From: the human T2T-CHM13v2.0 reference genome, Homo sapiens
NCBI RefSeq assembly: GCF_009914755.1
Contig: NC_060932.1
Length of the DNA: 64,000 nt
Direction: 5' to 3' (one strand)
In this document: in pieces, positions 56,002-64,000 of the stretch
Layout of the letters: each line of letters opens with the position of its first letter
Position numbering within the stretch: position 1 is the first letter of the stretch
Position numbers and translations under genes: made by a program
Notes under the pieces: generated by a model
Databases searched by the model: none
Seen by the model: the letters and a program-made list of their open reading frames with translations, nothing else
Told to the model about the DNA's origin: nothing

Positions 56002-59000
56002 CGCAGTTTATTTACAAGCCCGGTGCCAGCCGCCCTCCCGCCCGCCAGCCACACGCGCCGCCGCCGCCGCCTCCTCCCTCCTCCGCGCTCCCACCCGCGC
56101 CCCTCCCCGCCCGTTCCAGCCTCAGCCTGTCAGCAGCAGCAGCAGCGAGCGCGCCGCGGGCCGAGAGCACGCCGCGTCCCTCCCTCCCTCCTTCCCCGGG
56201 GTGGGGCCCCATTGTCCCGCCCCGTCGCGGCGGGAGGCCCGGGCGGCGGCGCCCCGCCTCTTCCCGCCGACCCCCACCGCTGATTGTCTGGGGACCCAGG
56301 ATCGCCTGGGCTACCGCCGCCCCCGTTGCAACCAGGCAGTGCGCCAGGCGGCTGCAGAGCCCGGCTCCTGGAGCTCCCGTGGGCGTTGGGGCTTCCCCTG
56401 GATGGGGCGTGACGGCGGGCAGTTGGGGGAAGAAGAGGAAGGGAGGAGGGACTGGGGGGTTGTCGCCCACCAAACATTGGCTCTGTGGTTGCAGCTTTGT
56501 GAATTTCCCTCACCCCCTACCCCTGCTCCTCGGCTTCAGAGGTAAAAGCCAAGTTGTCGGGTTGGTCAAGGCCGGGCGCACCGCGAACGCACCTGCTCTG
56601 TGGTAGCGAAGCTCGTGACTCCCTCTTCCCTCTTCCCTCTTCCCTCTTCCCTCTAGTTCGTGGTTCATGGTGGATGCCGCGGCCCTCTCCTCCCCCAATC
56701 TTTGAATAGCACCTTCACCTGTCTGGGTGGGCAAAGGACTGAAGAAATGCAGTCAGAATCTTTGATTCCTGCTTTGCTCCCGACTTGCACCCAAGCCAGT
56801 CATTCCCTCTCTGGTCCAAATTTCAATTCAATCAACCAATCTGTAACCCCTCGTGAGCTTCCCTGGCAAAGGGTAGTGATCTCTGTCCTGAAGATATGAG
56901 GTCTCTGCACTCCTAAGACCTCCGTCCTAGCCGGTGGAAGACAATGAAAAGACAAATTTTAACAGTAGAATTTCCGATATTGGTAAATAGTATGTGGTAA
57001 CAAATTAGAGTGCTGCGCTATAGTGACTGGGGGAGTCACTCTAAACCGGCTGGTCGTGGAAGGCCTTATTGTGGAGGTGATGCTTCGAGGTGAGACCCTA
57101 ATGACAAGCTGGGAGCAACTATGTAAATGTCCAGAGAGCCCTCCAAACAGCAGAACAGCGGGTGCGGAGGGGAAGGGTGGCTTGAGCTTAATGAGAGTAG
57201 GCCACAGGCAAAGGCTAGATCTTGTAAGACACTGACAAAGGACAGGAGCATCCTGCACTTCTTCCATGCCCACCGCCATCGGGGAAGCCTCCATTCCTGC
57301 TGCCCCATGGCATCTGTGGCCTCCTTTCCTTCCCACTCTCTCACCTCATGTCTGTCAGCTGGGGTGAGAGACATGGGGTGAGGGGAGACCCTGTGAACAA
57401 GGCCGAGGATCTATCCCTAGTGTATAAGAAAAGAGGAATCAGACCTGCAAGAACACCAGCTCTGGATTTGCCTGGAGAAGTTGGCCAAGGAGAGCATAGG
57501 AGACAGGGAAGGGAAGAAGGAAGGGAAGGGAGTAGGAATGTATGGGCTGGGGCAGGGGAAGGGTCAGAGAACCACCACCCTATAGAATGACTATCAAAGG
57601 GGAGAACCTCAAAAGAGGTCTCCAAATCAAGAAGGGAGGAGTTTCCAGAGGAAGTTAAACTGTAAGACTGAAATCATTAAAACAGTGTGGGATCGGTACA
57701 AAAATAAACTCTCAGTGCAACAGAATTCTTTGTCCAGAAACAGACTCTAGCATGGGAACTTAATATTAAACGGGAAGAGTTCATGACAAGAACCCCAGGG
57801 GAAAAGGCTGTTCACTGGTTGATGGGTTTTGTGAGGAATTATAGGAAATAGCATATGGAAACGTGGCAGTGCCCAGTAGGACCCCTGTACATCCGTGAAT
57901 AGATAAATGCTCAGCAGTGAGTTGGAGTAAGTAACCAGTCCAGCAGGCTCTGGAAAGGAGAAAAAGCCCAAGGAAAGGGAATTGCTTGGATCAGAATATC
58001 TCCAAATGGGAGCTGGGCACTGCAAAGCCTCCTCCTGCCCATGTGTTAGCCCTGCCATGCCCAACACACCAAACTCACGTGTATTCTTCCTGTCCTACTC
58101 CCATCCCAACTAACCAGGAAACAATCTTGCCCTTTATCTCTGAGCACCTTTTCCAAAGTCGCTGTTCTCCCTCAGTCTCTTCCTGTTTTGTTCATTCATT
58201 ACATTTATCACTGCCAAAAATGATCGCATTTACATTCTGTTTACTTGTTTACTGTTATCTTACTAAACAAGAGCAGGGACTAAGCATCCTAGTTTTGAAT
58301 CCTGGAAGTGTGTCTGTCATATCACAGGCTCTCAATCTGTGTTGGCAGCATGAATAAATGATGAATAAGCGAATGAAGAGTGTAAAGCTCTCAGCACAAT
58401 GCCTGGCACACAAGCATTCCATGTATGTTTGTGGGTGAGATTTTTGTTTGGTTTCGTTTTACCATTGTGAAAGTCTTCATACTTAGGAAGTCTTGCTGCT
58501 CCTTTATGCTCCTTGCAACTTAAGAAACATGATAAAAACATTTTGACAGTATTTAAAATAAAAAGGCTCACTAGATAAACATAAAAAGAAGACGAGTCAA
58601 GGAATGTGGAAAGAAGATGTGAGAATTTATTATTGTGCAATTAATCAAAAGTTCAGATTCCCAGAATGACAGTTTGGATCCTCAGATACATGAAAAGACT
58701 TCTATTTTGATGGGAGCTTCAGACTGTCAAGTATTACAATTTAAGATAAGGTGCAGGGGCTATTTGCATGCCTCCCATAAAAGATGAGGTTAAGTCAATA
58801 ACAAATTCATAACTGAGCCAATTAAACCCAATGATAGGGAAACTGCCAGGTAGTTGAGTCTAGTAAATGGAGTTGCTTTGATGGTTTTATAATCCAATGG
58901 CAAGCAGTGTTTAGGCTTCTAATAGGGGCTTTGGAAATGTCATCAAAAGCAGGGTGTGCACTGAGTGTCATTGGAGGAACTGTGTAATCACAGCGCTCCA

Positions 59001-59699
59001 CAGCACAGGTTTCAGCTAAAGAAAATCAAACATCCTATATCCCACTGGAAGGAAACTTCTCAGAGGCCTAAAGTCCCTAAGAGCCTCAGGTTCCAGCTGA
59101 ACATGGCACCAAAGCAAAGAGTTAGCGACACACTATCAACAAGGACAACAATGAGGCATTCCTCTCCTGGCTTTGAGCCCCAGCTCAAAGTGTAACATTG
59201 AAAACCCACCCACCTGCTTCCCCTCCTCCATGCCTTAGCTTTCATTTTTGCTTTTCTCTTTAGCTGGTCTTCATCTCAATGTATAGGCGAGATGTTCAGG
59301 TAAACTCTCTCTCCCTTGCAGGTGAGGCACTTCCTGGGAATGAGTAAAAAGAGAGAGACAAAGGGCTTTCTCTGAGCCTACATTTCTGCCTCTGTAAATC
59401 CAGGGTTGTAAGCATCTCATGATGAGGTGATATTCCAGTGATGGTTATTATGACTGTCATTGAATGAGTAGGACAGTCTCAGGTTCACAGGCATATGCAA
59501 ATGGTGGTCCTGCCTGCCCCTCTCACTCTGTTCCCTAAACACATTAAATAATTGCTTTAGGCCAATTTTAAATTTACTTTTATTATTTGTTACACAAGAA
59601 ATGCAAAGTAGTTGTTAGGAAATTATGAAATGTAAATCAGCCAGAAGGCAACAGTAATCATCTTGTTACCCAGAAACACCCTCTGTGAATATTCTGATC

Positions 59700-59992
59700 A
59701 TGACTACTGCCAACAGGACTGAAGCATGCCTGACCTGCAAGCAATGGAGATGCTCAGCCCCCAGTGGGGCACCTTCCCTAGGGGACCAGTCAGCCACTTG
59801 GTGGCAAGTTGATTACACTGGACCTTCCAAACATGGGCGGGGGCGGACATATGCCATTACTGGAATAGACACGTATCCTGGGTACAGAATTGCCTCTCCA
59901 GTCCTCAATGATTCTGCCAACAACACCATCCATGCATTTAGGAATGCCTCATTCACCGTCAAAGAATTCCACATGAAACTACTTCTGATGAA
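59700..59992 (+). mobile_element. ERVL-class pol (integrase) fragment
   Basis: Translates as ACLTCKQ...GDQSATWWQVDYTGP...ITGIDTYPGY, matching the HERV-L integrase CxxC plus WQVDYIGP/TGIDTYSGY motifs. Confidence 0.8.
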
Positions 59993-62864
59993 ATCATTTG
60001 TCCCCTAAATGCTTACTCTGGACCTGGGTATAAATCTACCTCTCAGAGGAGCCAGTGAGACAGATCTTTGTAGCCAAAAAGAGCACTCTTTGCTTGTTTG
60101 GAGGAGACACGACAAGCTCTAATTCTGGGTCTAGGAACAACCCGGGCCAAAAGGAAATATGTTTGGGAACAATGGATCCCATTACTACCCTATATGCGTT
60201 TTTTATTCTTGAAAACCCAATCTCAGCAAATCCTCAAATTTACTGCCCCCTCTTCTCTTCCTCCAGGTCTTCTTTTTGTCTTTCCCTTTCCTAGACTTCA
60301 TATCACTGTACACTAGGACAGAGGAACTCTTGTTCCCTTACAGGTGAGAAGCCTTCCTGGGAAGGAACGAGAAGAAGCTAAGGAACACCCTTGTACATGT
60401 CACTCAGCAGAGGAGGGCAGAATAGAGTTCAGCATTTAGATCGTCCTGGCTCTGTGACTTTGCACTTAGTGACCTGAAAAAAGTTGCCAGACTTATTTCT
60501 AGCCTGCTTCCTCAGCTGTTCAATGGGACAATGTTTCTTATCCTCCCTGCCTTAGACTTGGTCTGAGTATCATTCCTCCCAGGATCCACGTTAAGGTAGG
60601 GCTTTGCAGCCTGTGATGTACTGTGCACATTGACTACATTACTGAAAGGCATCTGACACAGCATCGTGGAAGGCACTCAAGTCAGGCATGATGGGGAATG
60701 AATGAGCTCCAAGCCAAACGGCGCTCACCTTCTCTCCAGATGGGAATGATTAAGGGGCTTAACTTAGATTGTTCTCAGTTGGAAAAGTGTTTCTTTTCCT
60801 GCCTCACATTTGCAATTTTTACATTAACCTTCAAATTAATTTTGCATGTTTCTTAATGTCACTTTTGTCTTTTTCTTTTAAATAATTATGTTGGGTAAAA
60901 TATCCAATTTATCTACTTAACGAATTCATTCATTCATCCTTCCAGTGAGCATTCACCAATTGCCTGTTTTATGTGTTGCTCTCCATCAATGAAAAACAGA
61001 AGAAAAAAAATTAATTCTATATTTAGTTCCAAAGATGAGCTAATAAAATGCAAAACAATTTACTCATCTTTCTACGGTCATTGCTGTCAATGACCTGGCT
61101 CGTGATGGATGCTTATTATCATAATAACATTTATCGTGTGCTTCCTCTACACTTGGCACTGGGCTGACTGCTATATATAGATTATCTCATTTAATCCTCA
61201 CAACAAAGTTATGAAATAGGCATTATGGCTATTGCTTTTCATATCAACCATGATGAAAATTATACTTAGGTTAAATACTGCACCCAAGTTTACATGATTA
61301 AGAAATGACAGCCCCAGGATTCAAGCTCAGGTGATCTAACTTTGGAACCTATACATTTAACCACTACAATGTATTATTTCCTGAGAACGCTATTCCAGGT
61401 GGCAGGTTCAGTGTAGGCAAAGGCTTGGAGGCAAGACAGAGAGTGGAGTTTCCAGGGAAAGTGGTTGTGATGGTTGGAGGCAAGCGTGGATGGAGCAGAG
61501 GCCACATGGGGAAGGCTTTCATATATATACCAGGCTTATGGACTTGGGGGTCATGAGTTACTTTAAGCGTAAACTGACCTAATCCCAGGTGGTTCCACAA
61601 AGGGCTTTCTGACAACTCTGTGGAGGAGAGGTTGGAAGTGAGAAAAATCAATTCAATCAGAGCAAGTACAAGGCAGAGCCCAGCTGAGAGGTGTTGAGGC
61701 AGATCTTGGAGAGGAGGGGCTGGCTGCAAGAGGTATTTAGAAAAGAATATTGCCAAGAATTGCTACCTAAAAAGACAGGGCTGGGTCATGGGTCACTTTG
61801 CATCTTAGAGGCAGAAACAACCTCCCCACAATGTCGCAGGCTCTTGCCATCCTGACTGTGGTCTCCCTGCTAGGCTGAGCATCCTCTTCTGGCTCCGGTA
61901 ATTGGCTCCCTGGGCAGTCTGTTCCTTTCTCTTCACCAAATGACACTTCTTCTCTTTGGGTCCTGATTGTTAAAACACCCAGTTTGCCCATGTCATTTAC
62001 ATATCCCAATTATCCATTGCCATTTTCCCACTAATGAGCCCATGTGCCTGCGTTTAAGAGCGTCTGACCCAGAGTCCACTTGCTCAAGGGGGCTGAATGC
62101 AGCAGGCACAGACGCTATTCATAGTGCCTTCAGACAAAAAGGGCTGGGGCCATTTTTCTTACCTCCCTCTATTAGGGCTGGACTGACTCTCTAGACAGCA
62201 GACCTTTATGCCTCATTACCCCACCCCACAGACACCACGATGCTCAGTGTACCTTGGTTACAAGAAGAAAAGCACCATGCCAACTGGAGAAGCACTCTGT
62301 GTTCTTCCTGCAATCATAAAGGGCCCATTGTGCCCTGAGGCACAGGTGCAGATCCTATTAAAGCCAAGGCCTTCTTAATCTCCATCTCAGAATTCTTTGC
62401 AGAGGGGAAGTTGATGTTTGTGTGCTAAGCCACTGGCCAGGAGATGATGCTGAATAGGGAGAGTTCAGGCTTTTGAGACCGCCTGCCCTGAGTAGGAATC
62501 CTGTCCCTGAAAAATGCTAAGCGTTTGACCCTGCACAGGTTTAATAACCAGCCTTAGTCTCACCTGAAAAGTAGGAATAACAATAATCACCTTGAAAATA
62601 TGTGTCAGGATTAAGGGAGTTCACATCTGTCAAACTTTAGCACGAAGAGGCATTCATTTCATATTCATTGATATAATATGAATGGTACCATATTCATTCT
62701 TACTATTTCATCCAAATGAGAAGAGAACTTTCAGGTATGAAGCCCAATGTTGCTCTAGGTTCTGTGACAGTGACCCACGTTTTGTATCACAACCCAGTCC
62801 ACTTAATAGAATACACATAGAACTAACTGAAATGATATTTTCTATTCTCTATGTTATAAAATGC

Positions 62865-63281
62865 TGACTGCAAGCTATAATTTTTTGATAGCACTTCCAT
62901 AACAAAATCCCACAGACCAGGTGGCTGAAACAATAGGACTTTACTTTCTCAGGGCTCTGGAGGCTGGAAGTCTGAGATCAAGGCGCAGGTAGGATTGGTT
63001 TCCCCTGAGTCCTCTGTCCTTGGCTTGCAGATGGCCGACTTCATCCTGCTTCCTCACATGGTGTTTCCTCTGTGTGCATGCCCCCTGGTGTCTCCTTGTG
63101 TGTCCAAATGTCTTCTTATGAGGACACCAGTCAGATGGGATTAATTCCTGCCCTAATGACCTCATTTTAACTCTGTTGCCTCTGTAAAGCCCCTATCTAC
63201 AAATATGGTCACATTCTGAGGTCCTGGGTATTAGGGCTTCAATGTATGAATTTTGGGGGGCCACAAAATCAGCCCGTCACA
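62865..63281 (-). mobile_element. MLT1 (A/B-like) solo LTR
   Basis: ccataacaaaat.ccacagac...ctggaggctggaagtctgagatcaagg...cttatgaggacaccagtca...tatgaattttgggggg...cagcccgtcaca. Confidence 0.85.
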
Positions 63282-63574
63282 TGAACACATTACAGTGACT
63301 TCACATTTTTACTGAGGGTCATGAATCTGGCCTATAAAATGTTAATCCAGTTCAATCTTCAGCCAAGCTATTTGGTTTCTGCCTGAATATCTCCATCATT
63401 TGGGGGCTCATTGCCTCCCAAGAAATCCCATTGTTGAATAACCAATATACTCACCAATTGCTGAGTGTATGTTCTATGGCCAGACCCAGGCTAAGCATCT
63501 TCTTTACCTCATTTAGTTGTCACAACTGCCCATTGAAGTTGGTGTTACACAAATATACATTCAAGAATATGTGT

Positions 63575-63959
<385 letters not shown>

Positions 63960-64000
63960 TCAAACTCAGATTTTTCTCCAAAGCCCAAAAAATGATGTCT

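Overview
This is human (primate) genomic DNA covering the 5' end of KCNQ3 (Kv7.3, neuronal M-current K+ channel, 8q24), transcribed on the minus strand. Canonical coding exon 1 (55225-55610, [10 protein letters not shown]...LYHALV, phase-2 donor GT|GTGAGT) lies in a CpG island (~54.9-56.7 kb). Positions 1-55224 are the first 55 kb of a very long intron 1, and ~56.2-64 kb is upstream flank. A second short coding first exon (22277-22302, MKPAEHAT-AT|GTAAGT) has the same phase. The rest is mostly interspersed repeats: about 17 Alus (including AluYa5 and AluYe5), L1/L2/MIR fragments, MaLR LTRs, a full THE1D provirus, an LTR12F and an ERVL integrase relic. Four signals stand out. (1) A strong-Kozak overlapping uORF (MALEFPGLQ...) would join the channel frame if the 229 nt between two CGCAGGGC repeats were removed; it sits among other uORFs, GCC repeats and G4 motifs in the 5' leader. 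(2) The alternative first exon also has a strong 3' splice site, so it could act as a 189-nt poison exon or accept transcripts from a sense LTR12F 2.6 kb upstream. (3) One Alu has a twin-priming inversion inside a single TSD. (4) (UG)n tracts and a triple POU octamer lie just inside intron 1. Repeat subfamily calls were made by eye, and coordinates of old repeats are approximate. Nearly all other ORFs in the track are spurious.
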